Source: Trueperaceae bacterium
GTDB taxonomy: Bacteria; Deinococcota; Deinococci; Deinococcales; Trueperaceae
Reading direction: 5' to 3'
DNA length: 64,000 nt
Assembly: GCA_965213705.1 (NCBI GenBank)
Contig: OZ243913.1
Span: forward strand, 1,919,052 to 1,983,051
Below, piece after piece: positions 1 to 8,708 of the stretch (within the stretch, counting starts at the first letter, position 1; each line of letters starts with the position of its first letter). The translations under genes were made by a program, and so were the position numbers. The notes beneath the pieces were generated by a model. The model did no database searches. It had not been told where the DNA came from and saw nothing but the letters and a program-made list of their open reading frames with translations.

Positions 1-150
1 AAGAATTAAGCTGTGAGGGCGGATGGCAAGGACGACGTGGCGCTCGGGCGACGTCGGGTGTTCCTTCAAGGCACAAATCGGAGCCTTCCTAATCCTTTTG
101 TGTTAGTATGGTCATAGTGTGGTCACAAATAAAAGCGCACGAAGGAGGCG

Positions 151-393
151 GTGGTGCGAAGAGTTGGCGTCAGGGAATTCAGGGACAACGCGACCAAGTT
201 GTTGTCGGCCGGTGAAACGATGCTGGTCGAGCGTCACGGTCATCCGGTGGGGTACTTCATTCCCGTCAAGCGTAGAGACTCGGCAGAAACCGAGTCGGCC
301 CTAAAACAGCTTGCCGACGCCGTTGAGCAGGCGCTTCGGGAAGGCGACCTGAGCGAAGACGACCTCGCCGACCTCTTCACCGTTGAGCATTAG
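151..393 (+). CDS. type II antitoxin, Phd/YefM-like
   Basis: 80-aa ORF with a GTG start at 151 preceded by GAAGGAGG (141-148). The stop at 391-393 lies 2 nt before the PIN ORF start. The N-terminus VGVREFRDNATKLL..VERHGHPVGYFIP looks Phd/YefM-like and the C-terminal tail is acidic. Confidence 0.7.
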   Translation: MVRRVGVREFRDNATKLLSAGETMLVERHGHPVGYFIPVKRRDSAETESALKQLADAVEQALREGDLSEDDLADLFTVEH

Positions 394-395
394 GT

Positions 396-827
396 TTGAG
401 GCTGGTCGTCGACGCCAACATCCTAGTTGCCGAACTTCTACGTGAGCGGGGGCGCGAACTTGTAGCTTCCGACGGGCTCGAGCTGTTCATGGCCGAAGCT
501 GTCTGGCACGAAGCTCGGCACGAGTTAAACAAACGAGTAACCCTGATTGGCAAACGCGCTAGGCTGAGCGAGGCTACTGTTCAACGCCTCTTGGTCTCGG
601 CGCTCAAGGTTGCCGAGGTAAGCGTCACCGTTGTCTCGGTTAGCGAGTACGTGGTGTTTGAGAGTAAGGCGTTGCGGCGCATCCCCCAAGACCCTGACGA
701 CTGGCACACCGTCGCCCTGGCCCTGACGCTCGACGCCGCTATCTGGACGCAGGACAACGACTTTTTGGGCTGCGGCGTTCCTACCTGGACGACCGCCACC
801 TTGAGGCGTCACCTTACCGAGAGCTGA
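396..827 (+). CDS. vapC: PIN-domain ribonuclease toxin (VapC-like)
   Basis: 143-aa ORF with a TTG start at 396. The N-terminal VVDANIL and C-terminal WTQDNDF acidic motifs fit the PIN catalytic Asp positions. It is tightly coupled to the upstream antitoxin ORF. Confidence 0.8.
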   Translation: MRLVVDANILVAELLRERGRELVASDGLELFMAEAVWHEARHELNKRVTLIGKRARLSEATVQRLLVSALKVAEVSVTVVSVSEYVVFESKALRRIPQDPDDWHTVALALTLDAAIWTQDNDFLGCGVPTWTTATLRRHLTES

Positions 828-858
828 AGTTTCTTTTTGGAGAGGTAAAGCAGTACGG

Positions 859-1383
859 ATGGACGTAATGAAACGCGTCGCCGTCATCGGCTCCTTGGGT
901 GCGGGCAAGTCCCGGCTGTCCCTGGCGTTAAGCCGGGTTCTTGGTGTCCCCGTGATTACTTGGACGCCCACTATTGGAACCCCGGTTGGGTCAAAACGCC
1001 CCGGCCCGAGTGGATGGCGCGGTGAGAGAGGTTGCTCGAGCTAGAGCGCTGGATTGCCGACGGCAACTACGGGAGCACGCTCGAGCTGCGCTTGGCGGCG
1101 ACAGACACCGTCATCTTTTTGGACTTCCCCCGCTGGCTCTGCACCGGGCGCGTCGTAAAGCGCGTCTGGACATATCGCCGCGGCGAGCGCTCCGACATGG
1201 TCGCGGGCTGCGACGAGCGTGTGGACTGGGATTTCGTTAAGTACGTGTGGACGTTTCCCAAAAAACACCGGCCCATCACCGAAGAAAAACTCCGCGGACT
1301 CGAGGGAAAACCGCCGCCTCCGCACCCCCGCCGAGGTTGAGCGGTTCTTGGACCGAGTCGCCGTCAAACATTCCTCGGCGTAG
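859..1383 (+). pseudogene. adenylate-kinase-like / DNA topology modulation (FlaR-type) P-loop kinase, disrupted
   Basis: The P-loop MKRVAVIGSLGAGKS is in frame 1. The family-typical continuation LDAHYWNPGWVKTPRPEWMAR / ERLLELERWIADGNYGSTLELRLAATDTVIFLDFPRWLC is in frame 3 (GTGATT-ACTTGGAC near 950-956 reads VIHLD if one C is restored). There is an in-frame TGA at 1023-1025. The expected C-terminus RRLRTPAEVERFLDRVAVKHSSA (stop 1381-1383) needs a further shift near 1300-1310. Confidence 0.7.
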
Positions 1384-1492
1384 CTTTAAGCACGGTGCAA
1401 CCGGCGCCGAGCACCGAATGAGGTTGCTTACGTCTCCGACTGCAATTCGGGCGCGGCGCTACATGGGCGTTTCCGTGTTAGCTTGGGTCAGC

Positions 1493-2041
1493 ATGACGTC
1501 TCTCAAGTTACGCCTCAGCCTAAGCCTCCTCCTGTTTACACCCGTGGCGACAGCGCACCGCTTTTTCTGGAACCCGTCCTCAACGACTTATAAGTCCGCA
1601 TACACCCTCGACAACGAGCCAACTTCGCTGTTCGTCGTGGGCGAACTCGCGCCGGGTGAGGCGGACGTTTACCGCGTCGACGCGCCGGTCGGCATGAACA
1701 CCGTGTTTGCCGTCATCGCTCCCCAAGCTTGCCCCGACTTTGTGCCCGAACTGTGGGTCGTCGCCAAAACCTTGACGGATACGGAAGTCGCCCCCTTCGT
1801 AACGCCCTTCGGTTACAAAGCGCTGCGCGTCGAGGGCCGCTGGCAACCCTACCGCGACTACATCCTCACCGCGCGCCTCGGCCCCAACGTGCGCACCGCC
1901 CTTGACGAGTCCGGCTACTACCTGGTGGTGTACGCAGGTGAAGCCGCGGGTTACTACATCGGGATTCGCGGCGGTCGCGACGCGATAGGCGGTACGGCCG
2001 AGGGGTTTGACGCGCTGGCGCGCTTTGTTCGCTGCGGCTGA
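1493..2041 (+). CDS. secreted hypothetical protein
   Basis: ATG at 1493 gives MTSLKLRLSLSLLLFTPVATA, a signal-peptide-like N-terminus. The upstream part of the long ORF 1247-2041 overlaps the pseudogene and looks non-coding. I recognised no family. Confidence 0.6.
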   Translation: MTSLKLRLSLSLLLFTPVATAHRFFWNPSSTTYKSAYTLDNEPTSLFVVGELAPGEADVYRVDAPVGMNTVFAVIAPQACPDFVPELWVVAKTLTDTEVAPFVTPFGYKALRVEGRWQPYRDYILTARLGPNVRTALDESGYYLVVYAGEAAGYYIGIRGGRDAIGGTAEGFDALARFVRCG

Positions 2042-2063
2042 CGCGCCTGCAAACAGCTCGGGC

Positions 2064-3164
2064 TCAGTGGTGATGGGCGTGCTCGAGTTCGCCCTCCGCG
2101 ATGGGCAGCTTGTCGCCCCGGAACATCAGGGCGGCGACGAAGGTCGTAAAAGGCACCGCCAGCACGAGCCCAATCGAGCCGACCAGCGTGTGGACGACCT
2201 CCGAAGCGACGAGTTCTAGGTTGAGTGCGCGCGCCACCGTAAAGTCGTTGATGCTGAGCAGCAAAAAGAGCGGCAAGGCCGCGCCCGTGTAGGCCAGCAC
2301 GAGCGTGTTGACGAGCGAGCCGATGTGGTCCAGCCCGACGTTCATGCCGCGCTTGTAAAGTTCGCCCAGCCCGAAGTCGGGGTTGACGTGGGCCAACTCC
2401 CGAATTACGCTCGCCTGCACGATGGTGATGTCGGTGAGCGCGCCAAGCGCGCCGATGAGGAGCCCCGCCAACAGCAAACCTTTGAGGTTCACCTGCCCCG
2501 CGCCGAAGGTAATCATCATCGCCTCTTCCGAGCCGAAGCCGGTCAGGTGCGCCCACTCGGTAAAGAGGAGGCCGAGCACCATCGTGACGATGACGGCCAC
2601 AAAGGTGCCGAAAAGCGCCGCGGTCGTGCTCCAACTGAGGCCGTGGACGAAGTAAATCGCCAACACGAGTATGCCGCCGACCCCCAACAGCGACACCAAA
2701 ATCGGGTCCCAGCCCGCCAGGATTTTGGGCACGATGAACAGCATGACGATGGCGAGGCTCGTGCCCGTAGCCACAAAAGCGCGCAACCCCTTGAAGCGCG
2801 CGACGCCGACCGACACGACCAGGAACAGCGCCGTCAGCCAGCCCAGGGCGGGCCGCCGCACCCAGTCGGAGACGGCGTACCGACGCTCGCCCGAGCCGGG
2901 TGCCGGGGAGTAGTACAGCTCGACGCGTTGCCCTACTTTGAAGCTCGGCAACGTCCCGCCGCCAAACTCTTCGGGCAGCGCGGTGCCGAGGTCGGCCTGG
3001 ACCTCGGTGCCGTCGCGGAGGGTGACAAAGGCGGTCGAGTTTTCAATGCGGGTGATGCGCCCCTCTTCGTAGCCGAAGTCCGGTGCGGGCTGAGTTTGAG
3101 CGTGACCGACCGCGGCGAGCAGGAAAAAACAGACCCAAAGACCGCGCAGCGTCCTCGAGGTCAT
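2064..3164 (-). CDS. YibE/F-family integral membrane protein
   Basis: Signal-like MTSRTLRGLWVCFFLLAAVGHA, then a soluble N-terminal domain, then about 6 TM segments with GALGALTDITIVQASVIREL, as in YibE/F proteins. I prefer the ATG at 3164 (GGGAG 5 nt upstream) to the ATG at 3182. Confidence 0.7.
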   Translation of the reverse strand: MTSRTLRGLWVCFFLLAAVGHAQTQPAPDFGYEEGRITRIENSTAFVTLRDGTEVQADLGTALPEEFGGGTLPSFKVGQRVELYYSPAPGSGERRYAVSDWVRRPALGWLTALFLVVSVGVARFKGLRAFVATGTSLAIVMLFIVPKILAGWDPILVSLLGVGGILVLAIYFVHGLSWSTTAALFGTFVAVIVTMVLGLLFTEWAHLTGFGSEEAMMITFGAGQVNLKGLLLAGLLIGALGALTDITIVQASVIRELAHVNPDFGLGELYKRGMNVGLDHIGSLVNTLVLAYTGAALPLFLLLSINDFTVARALNLELVASEVVHTLVGSIGLVLAVPFTTFVAALMFRGDKLPIAEGELEHAHHH

Positions 3165-3360
3165 CGGCACTCCCAGGGACATAGTGTGTTTGAACCGGTG
3201 CGTTTCATCCGCCGAGTCTAACAGGTGACCGGACGCGCTCGGGTGAGGGCGGCGGGCTCGAGCTTCGGCAGACGGTTGGCGAGACCTTGTTGGGACGGTT
3301 TTATCAAACCTATAAAGGAAGGCTTTGCCAACACGTTGTACCCATCTGTTTTTCGCTTCG

Positions 3361-3411
3361 TTGACAAAACGCCAAACACAATTATAAACTCGCTAACGAG
3401 AATTGATTCTC
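3361..3411 (+). promoter_or_regulatory. candidate sigma70-type promoter plus metalloregulator operator for the metal ABC operon
   Basis: TTGACA (3361-3366), a 16-nt spacer, then TATAAA (3383-3388). A perfect inverted repeat GAGAAT-TG-ATTCTC (3398-3411) lies just downstream of the -10, about 28 nt before the GTG start at 3439. Confidence 0.4.
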
Positions 3412-3438
3412 AGTAAGTAGTGCAAAAAAAGGAGCAGT

Positions 3439-4347
3439 GTGAAAAAGAGTTTGTACTTCCTTGTCTTGTCGGCCCTGCTGTTCGGCAGCGCCCGAGCCCA
3501 GCCCCTCAACGTCGTGGCGACGTTCAGCATCTTAGGAGACTTTGTCGAGAACGTCGGCGGCGACCTCGTCGACCTCACCGTGCTGGTCGGCCCCGACGGC
3601 GACACGCACGAGTACGAGCCGAAGCCGAGCGACAGCGTGGCGCTGAGCGAGGCGGCTCTGGTGTTTGAAAACGGGCTGGGCCTCGAGCCCTGGCTGGACG
3701 ACTTGTTTGCCGCTTCCGGCTCGGGGGCGACGCGGGTAACGGTGAGCGACGGCGTCGAAGCTGCGCCCGCGAACGAAGAGGACGAGCACGAACAAGGTGA
3801 CGAACACGGCGAGTTCGACCCGCACGTTTGGCACAGCGTCCCGAACGCTGTAGTAATAGTCGAAAACGTCCGCGCAGCGCTGGTCGCCGCCGACCCCGCC
3901 AATGCTGAAACTTACGACGCCAACGCAGAGGCGTATACAGCTGAACTGCAAGCTTTAGACACTTATATTCGAGAGCGCGTCGCCACGTTACCCGAAGCGC
4001 GCCGCAAGCTCGTCACCAGCCACGACACCTTTGGTTATTTCGCGCGCGAGTACGGCTTCGACGTCGTCGGCGCGGTGCTGCCCTCGGTCTCGACCGAGAA
4101 CGCCGACCCCGGTGCGGGCCAGTTGGCCGCCCTCATCGAACAGGTGCGCGCTGCAGGGGTGCCCGCCGTCTTTGCAGAAAACGTGACGAATCCGAGCCTG
4201 TTGAACCAGGTCGCCGCCTCCGCGGGCGTAACGGTCGCGCCCCCCCTCTACACCGACGCGCTCGGCGCGGCGGGCACGCCGGGCGAGACCTACTTGTCCC
4301 TCGAGCGCTACAACGTCGACACGATTGCGACGGCCCTCGAGCAATAA
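3439..4347 (+). CDS. metal (Zn/Mn) ABC transporter substrate-binding protein, ZnuA/TroA cluster
   Basis: 302 aa with a signal peptide MKKSLYFLVLSALLFGSARA. It has the acidic/His loop EEDEHEQGDEHGEFDPHVWHS typical of ZnuA-like proteins, and GGAG precedes the GTG start. Confidence 0.9.
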   Translation: MKKSLYFLVLSALLFGSARAQPLNVVATFSILGDFVENVGGDLVDLTVLVGPDGDTHEYEPKPSDSVALSEAALVFENGLGLEPWLDDLFAASGSGATRVTVSDGVEAAPANEEDEHEQGDEHGEFDPHVWHSVPNAVVIVENVRAALVAADPANAETYDANAEAYTAELQALDTYIRERVATLPEARRKLVTSHDTFGYFAREYGFDVVGAVLPSVSTENADPGAGQLAALIEQVRAAGVPAVFAENVTNPSLLNQVAASAGVTVAPPLYTDALGAAGTPGETYLSLERYNVDTIATALEQ

Positions 4348-4355
4348 TAAAAACG

Positions 4356-5099
4356 ATGATGCTCAACTACGGAGGCCGCGGCCACGTCGCGCCGGTCGCA
4401 AACGCTCCGGCGCTGCTCGCCGACAACCTCGTCGTGGCTTACCCCGGCGACAAACCTTCGCTCGAGGGGGTGAGCTTGAGCGTGCCGCGCGGGGCGCGCG
4501 TCGCGCTCGTCGGGGCGAACGGGGCGGGCAAGTCGACGCTGCTCAAGGCCGTTGCCGGGCTGTTGCCGGTGCGGCAGGGCACGATTCGGATTTACGGCAA
4601 CCCGGTCGGCGCTTGTCACCACCGGGTCGCCTACTTGCCACAGCGGGGCCGCTTGGACTGGCGCTTTCCGGTCAGTTTGGAGCGCCTGGTGATGACGGGG
4701 CGTTACGTTCACTTGGGCTGGTTGCGGCAACCGGGCAGGGAAGACCGCGAGGTTGTGCGGGGGGCGCTTGAGCACCTTGGTCTGTTCGACCTGCGCGCCC
4801 GGCAAATCGGCAACCTCTCGGGCGGGCAGCAGCAGCGCGCGCTGCTGGCGCGGGCGCTCGCTCAAGACGCCGACCTGTTGCTGCTCGACGAACCGCTGAA
4901 CGCTGTTGACGCCGACACCCGAGCGGTCATCACCGACGTGCTGGCCGACTTGAGCGCTCGAGGCAAAACGGTCCTCATGGCGACGCACGATTTAGGCCGT
5001 TTGGAAGCCGACTTTGACGGCGCGCTCTACCTGGCCGAAGGACGCGAAGTTCCTCCGCCGCCGGGTTCGTTTACGGCCTTGCGAGTGGGTGAGGTTTGA
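4356..5099 (+). CDS. metal ABC transporter ATP-binding protein (ZnuC/MntB-like)
   Basis: Walker A GANGAGKST, ABC signature LSGGQQQR and Walker B LLLLDEP. It lies between the SBP and permease genes. Confidence 0.9.
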   Translation: MMLNYGGRGHVAPVANAPALLADNLVVAYPGDKPSLEGVSLSVPRGARVALVGANGAGKSTLLKAVAGLLPVRQGTIRIYGNPVGACHHRVAYLPQRGRLDWRFPVSLERLVMTGRYVHLGWLRQPGREDREVVRGALEHLGLFDLRARQIGNLSGGQQQRALLARALAQDADLLLLDEPLNAVDADTRAVITDVLADLSARGKTVLMATHDLGRLEADFDGALYLAEGREVPPPPGSFTALRVGEV

Positions 5100-5996
5100 G
5101 TGGAAACGCTTTTCGGTCTCGTCTTTGCTCCCTTCCGTTACGCCTTCATGCAAAACGCGCTCCTCGCCGTGGTGCTGGTCGGCGTAAGTTGCGCCGCGCT
5201 GGGCGTCTATGTGGTGCTGCGCCGCATGGCCTTTATCGGCGACGCGCTGGCGCACACCATCTTGCCGGGCGTGGTGATTGCTTACTTGCAGGGCTGGAAC
5301 CTCTCGCTCGGGGCCGTCGTCGGCGGGGTGACGACCGCGCTCGGCATCGGCTGGCTGTCGCGCCGGGACGAAGTGCGCGAGGACACCGCCATCGGCGTGA
5401 TTTTCACCGCCATGTTCGCGCTCGGCATACTGCTTATCAGCACGGTGCGCTCGTTCCGCGACCTCAGCCACATCTTGTTCGGCAACGTGCTCGGCGTGAC
5501 CGCGGGCGACCTGCGCCTCACCGCCGTCCTCACCGGGCTTGTTTTGCTGGCGCTGCTGCTGTTTCACAAAGAGTTGGAACTCACCTCGTTCGACCCGACC
5601 CACGCTTCGGTCATCGGTCTCAGCGCCGACCGGGTGCGCTACCTGCTCCTCGTGCTGCTGGCGCTGACCGTGGTGTCGGCGATTCAGGTCGTCGGGGTCG
5701 TACTCACCAGCGCCCTGCTCATCACCCCGGCCGCCGCCGCCGCGCTCCTTACCGACCGTCTGCCCCGGATGATGCTCTACGCGACCGTTATCGCGGTGGT
5801 CTCGGGGGTCGTCGGGCTGTACGTGTCGTTTTACGCGAACCTCTCTTCGGGCGCGGCTATCGTCCTGGCCTGCACCTTTTTTTTCGGGCTTGCTTGGGTG
5901 ATGCGAAGTGCGCTGCAGCGCGTGGTGAAGCGCGGTCAGGGGTCCGGGGGCGGGCTCGAGCCGAAAGTGGGCGCCGGCCTGAAGAACGAGGGCTGA
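5100..5996 (+). CDS. metal ABC transporter permease (ZnuB/MntC-like)
   Basis: 298 aa and multi-TM, with ABC-3 family-like motifs (FMQNALLAVVLVG, DALAHTILPGVV). The GTG start abuts the upstream stop. Confidence 0.9.
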   Translation: METLFGLVFAPFRYAFMQNALLAVVLVGVSCAALGVYVVLRRMAFIGDALAHTILPGVVIAYLQGWNLSLGAVVGGVTTALGIGWLSRRDEVREDTAIGVIFTAMFALGILLISTVRSFRDLSHILFGNVLGVTAGDLRLTAVLTGLVLLALLLFHKELELTSFDPTHASVIGLSADRVRYLLLVLLALTVVSAIQVVGVVLTSALLITPAAAAALLTDRLPRMMLYATVIAVVSGVVGLYVSFYANLSSGAAIVLACTFFFGLAWVMRSALQRVVKRGQGSGGGLEPKVGAGLKNEG

Positions 5997-6153
5997 CGAC
6001 CGGTCGAAAAACGCGGGTCGCCCGGTTCCACATTTCGAATCTGCAACCGTTTTTCGCTGGTCGGCGGCCAGTGCCCTTTACGGCGGCTTGGGAAAAGCTG
6101 CACCGTAACCCCAAGCCAACCACCCTCGAGATTTTGTTACCCGACACAAAAAG

Positions 6154-6173
6154 GAGCGGCCGCGCGGCCGCTC
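6154..6173. terminator. bidirectional intrinsic terminator hairpin between the znu operon and rplI
   Basis: Perfect 20-nt palindrome GAGCGGCCGCGCGGCCGCTC, flanked by AAAAAG on the left (a T-run on the minus strand, 64 nt past the rplI stop) and TTTCA on the right. Confidence 0.6.
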
Positions 6174-6236
6174 TTTCACCTCGAACGTTTTTGGGTGTCT
6201 CCGGGGTAGATTTCTGAAAGTTTACCCCGGAAATAC

Positions 6237-6683
6237 TTAGGCTTCCGGGCTGATGATGACTTTCAGGTCGATGGGCACCTCGGGGTGGGGTTTGTAGACA
6301 ATAGTGTACTCGCCGGTCGTCTTGATAGCGCTCGGCAGGTCGATTTTGCGGCGGTCGACCTCGACGTCGTACTTGGCTTGGAGCGCCTCGGCGACGTCGC
6401 TGTTGTTGACCGAGCCGTAGATGCGCTCTTCGCCCGCTTTGACCTTGATTTCCAGCGTCGCGTCGGCGAGCATGTCGCGCAAGCGTTCGGCGTCGGCCTT
6501 GCGCGCGTCGAGCTGCTTCGCGCGCTGGGCAAGCCGTGCGTCGAGTTCGGCGCGGTTGGACGCGGTGGCGAGGGCGGCCAAGCCGCGCGGGATGAGAAAG
6601 TTGCGAGCGTAGCCGCCCTTGACCTTCACCATTTCGCCCGCCTCGCCGAGCTTGTCGACGGGCTCGAGCAAGATCACGTTCAT
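6237..6683 (-). CDS. rplI: 50S ribosomal protein L9
   Basis: MNVILLEPVDKLGEAGEMVKVKGGYARNFLIPRGLA is a canonical L9 N-terminus. ATG at 6683, and it is the last gene of the rpsF operon. Confidence 0.9.
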   Translation of the reverse strand: MNVILLEPVDKLGEAGEMVKVKGGYARNFLIPRGLAALATASNRAELDARLAQRAKQLDARKADAERLRDMLADATLEIKVKAGEERIYGSVNNSDVAEALQAKYDVEVDRRKIDLPSAIKTTGEYTIVYKPHPEVPIDLKVIISPEA

Positions 6684-6685
6684 GT

Positions 6686-6973
6686 TCACTTGCGCACCAA
6701 CTGTTCGGTGATGGGGATGATTGCCAGCATCCGGGCGCGCTTGATCATCGTCGCCAAACGCCGCTGGTGTTTGGCGCACACGCCGGTGCGGCGGCGTGGC
6801 AAAATCTTAGCGGTGTCCGAGATGAAGCGGCGCAACATCCGGCCGTTGTGGTACTCGGTAATTTCAAGATCGCCCGTGCAAAACGGGCACACCTTCGGCC
6901 GGCGGCCACGCCCGCCACGGCGGTTTTTGTCCTTGTCGCGGTCTTTGCTCGGTCTGCTGCTTCTTTGTGCCAT
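6686..6973 (-). CDS. rpsR: 30S ribosomal protein S18
   Basis: 95 aa with CPFC..ITEYHNGRMLRRFISDTAKILPRRRTGVCAKHQRRLATMIKRAR, as in S18. Confidence 0.95.
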   Translation of the reverse strand: MAQRSSRPSKDRDKDKNRRGGRGRRPKVCPFCTGDLEITEYHNGRMLRRFISDTAKILPRRRTGVCAKHQRRLATMIKRARMLAIIPITEQLVRK

Positions 6974-7809
6974 TAAAAGGGTAGGTCCTCTTCTGGTGGA
7001 AATTCTTCGTCGATGTCCAGTTGACTCACCGGGGCGCTTCTGGCGGCTGCGGGTTTCGCGGCCGTCTCAGGGCGGGTACCGGCTCCACCTATGCCGGGAC
7101 CTCGAGTCAGGAACTCGACACGCGACCCTTCGACGCGCGTCGTGTAGCGTTTGTTGCCGTCGTTGTCCGTCCAAGAGTCGTTGACAAGTCGGCCGATGAC
7201 AAAAACCGCGTCGCCCTTGGCGAGTTCGGCGCTGCCTTCGGCCAAGTCACGCCACACGTTGACGTCGACGTAGTGCGTCTTTTCCTGGTCGGCCCCGCTG
7301 CGGTCGCGAAACCGTTCGTTCACGGCCACCGAAAAGCGCGTCACCGCGCTGCCCGAGGGCGTGTAGCGCAACTCTGCGTCGCGGGTCAGGTTGCCTATCA
7401 TCATGACCTCGTTGAGGGCGTCGACGATGCGGTGCTGCCCGCGCGTGTCGGTGACGGTTTGCTCACCCTTGCGCGTGCCGAAGGTCAAGGCCTCGACCCG
7501 CAACGCCTTGACGTCCAGGCTGCTCTTGCGCTGACCGTCCTGGCCTTCCCAAGTGCGGTAACTCAGGGCGCCCTCGACAAACACGGGCGCACCCGCCTCG
7601 AGCCCCGTAGCCAAGCTTTCCGCCGCCGCGCCGAACACGGTCACGCGGTGATACCAGGCTAAATCGCGCGCTTGCCCGTCGTCACCGACGACGTGGTCGT
7701 TACCGGCCAAGTTCAGCTCCAAAATAGCCAAACCGCCGGGTGTGTAGCGCAGTTCGGGGGCTTGGGTCAGGGTGCCGACCAGGTAGATGTTGTTCAGTCC
7801 TCTTGCCAT
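6973..7809 (-). CDS. ssb: single-stranded DNA-binding protein with two OB folds (Deinococcus-Thermus type)
   Basis: 278 aa. Two tandem SSB OB modules (NNIYLVGTLTQAPELRYTPGG.. and NEVMMIGNLTRDAELRYTPSG..) and an acidic tail DIDEEFPPEEDLPF. Confidence 0.95.
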   Translation of the reverse strand: MARGLNNIYLVGTLTQAPELRYTPGGLAILELNLAGNDHVVGDDGQARDLAWYHRVTVFGAAAESLATGLEAGAPVFVEGALSYRTWEGQDGQRKSSLDVKALRVEALTFGTRKGEQTVTDTRGQHRIVDALNEVMMIGNLTRDAELRYTPSGSAVTRFSVAVNERFRDRSGADQEKTHYVDVNVWRDLAEGSAELAKGDAVFVIGRLVNDSWTDNDGNKRYTTRVEGSRVEFLTRGPGIGGAGTRPETAAKPAAARSAPVSQLDIDEEFPPEEDLPF

Positions 7810-7857
7810 GTCTTGCTCCTTTTAGTCTCGATAAAAAGTATGTCTTCGTTTTCGTCT

Positions 7858-8193
7858 CTAACTCGCGGCGACGGCTTGCGGCTTGGCTTTTTTGCCGGTG
7901 CGCCACTCGGGCCGTTGTTTGACCGAAAGCACGCGCATCACGTTGTCGCGTTGGCGCAACGCCGCCTCGATGGCTTTGGGGGCGGTGTGCGGCAGCTTCA
8001 AGGTGTAGATGATGTAGTAGCCTTCGCGCAGTTTGCGTATTTCGTACGCCAAGCGCCGGTTCCCCCACTCGTCCGTCTCAACGATTTCGCCCCCCGCCCG
8101 CTCGACTTGCGTGGCGACGGCGTCTTTCTCGGTCTGAACTTGGGTCTCGTTTAGGCTCGGGTCCAAGATCAGGTTGAGGTCGTAGGTGTCCAT
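7858..8193 (-). CDS. rpsF: 30S ribosomal protein S6
   Basis: MDTYDLNLILDPSLNETQVQTEKD.. resembles S6. ATG at 8193 is preceded by GAGGAGG. Confidence 0.9.
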   Translation of the reverse strand: MDTYDLNLILDPSLNETQVQTEKDAVATQVERAGGEIVETDEWGNRRLAYEIRKLREGYYIIYTLKLPHTAPKAIEAALRQRDNVMRVLSVKQRPEWRTGKKAKPQAVAAS

Positions 8194-8287
8194 ATATAAC
8201 CTCCTCTCGTTGGGAATTTGCCGCACGGGGACAGCGCCTGGTAAGGGTGGACGCTTTTGCCCGCAAAACCTGCGGCAGCAACTGAGC

Positions 8288-8317
8288 AGTCTAGCACGTC
8301 GGAAGGGGTTTTGGCAA
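8288..8317 (-). promoter_or_regulatory. candidate promoter of the rpsF-ssb-rpsR-rplI operon
   Basis: On the minus strand: TTGCCA (8312-8317), an 18-nt spacer, then TAGACT (8288-8293), about 95 nt upstream of the rpsF ATG. Confidence 0.3.
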
Positions 8318-8518
8318 AAGAGGCTCGAGGGGTTGGTTAGTCAGACGCTGTACCGAACCTGGTCAACTGACTAATTCGCAAACTCACCCTCAACATCTAC
8401 CGCCACCTGCACGAAGCCGAGCGAAGGTTAGCGGCACCGTCCCTGACGGTTACTTGGAAACCAACCGCGAAGCGTCAACTAAACTCACCCGGCATCAGTT
8501 TAGATATCAACAGCAAAA

Positions 8519-8540
8519 AGGCCGGGCATCAAACCGGCCT
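8519..8540 (-). terminator. intrinsic terminator, probably the original tRNA-Val terminator, now next to the partial tRNA copy
   Basis: Minus strand reads AGGCCGG-TTTGATGC-CCGGCCT followed by TTTTTGCTG. It lies 18 nt downstream (minus sense) of the 45-nt tRNA fragment. Confidence 0.6.
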
Positions 8541-8557
8541 TTCTTGCGTCTGTGACG

Positions 8558-8602
8558 TGGTGGGCGGTATAGGGATTGAACCTACGACCCCTCGCGTGTG
8601 AA
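8558..8602 (-). repeat. attR-like partial tRNA-Val copy (anticodon loop to CCA)
   Basis: 45/45 nt identical to 20668-20712: TGGTGGGCGGTATAGGGATTGAACCTACGACCCCTCGCGTGTGAA. Confidence 0.9.
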
Positions 8603-8708
8603 CCAAATACAAGCCTTACCGGGTCGTTCCGAAACGTGCTGAGTTGTCATGTTACACACGAACCAAATCCTGATTCGTCTCAGTACATTTGGGCTTTTCC
8701 TGTTTCAA

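Noticed and set aside
1023-1025. In-frame TGA in the P-loop kinase gene as selenocysteine or programmed readthrough
   Set aside because: The same gene also needs two frameshifts to be read. No SECIS-like hairpin is evident, and the family is not a selenoprotein family.
1247-1492. N-terminal extension of ORF 1247-2041 (264 aa)
   Set aside because: The extension overlaps the 3' end of the kinase pseudogene in another frame and is Arg/Pro-rich. A signal-peptide-like start at ATG 1493 gives a sensible secreted protein.
5096-6217. 373-aa ORF overlapping the metal ABC permease gene in another frame
   Set aside because: The translation is Arg/Ala/Gly-rich and typical of an off-frame reading of high-GC coding DNA. 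The in-frame permease ORF (5100-5996) has clear TM segments and family motifs.
7810-8320. Deinococcus radiation/desiccation response motif (RDRM, TTATGT..ACATAA-type 17-mer) upstream of ssb and rpsF
   Set aside because: I looked through both spacers on both strands and found no such palindrome.
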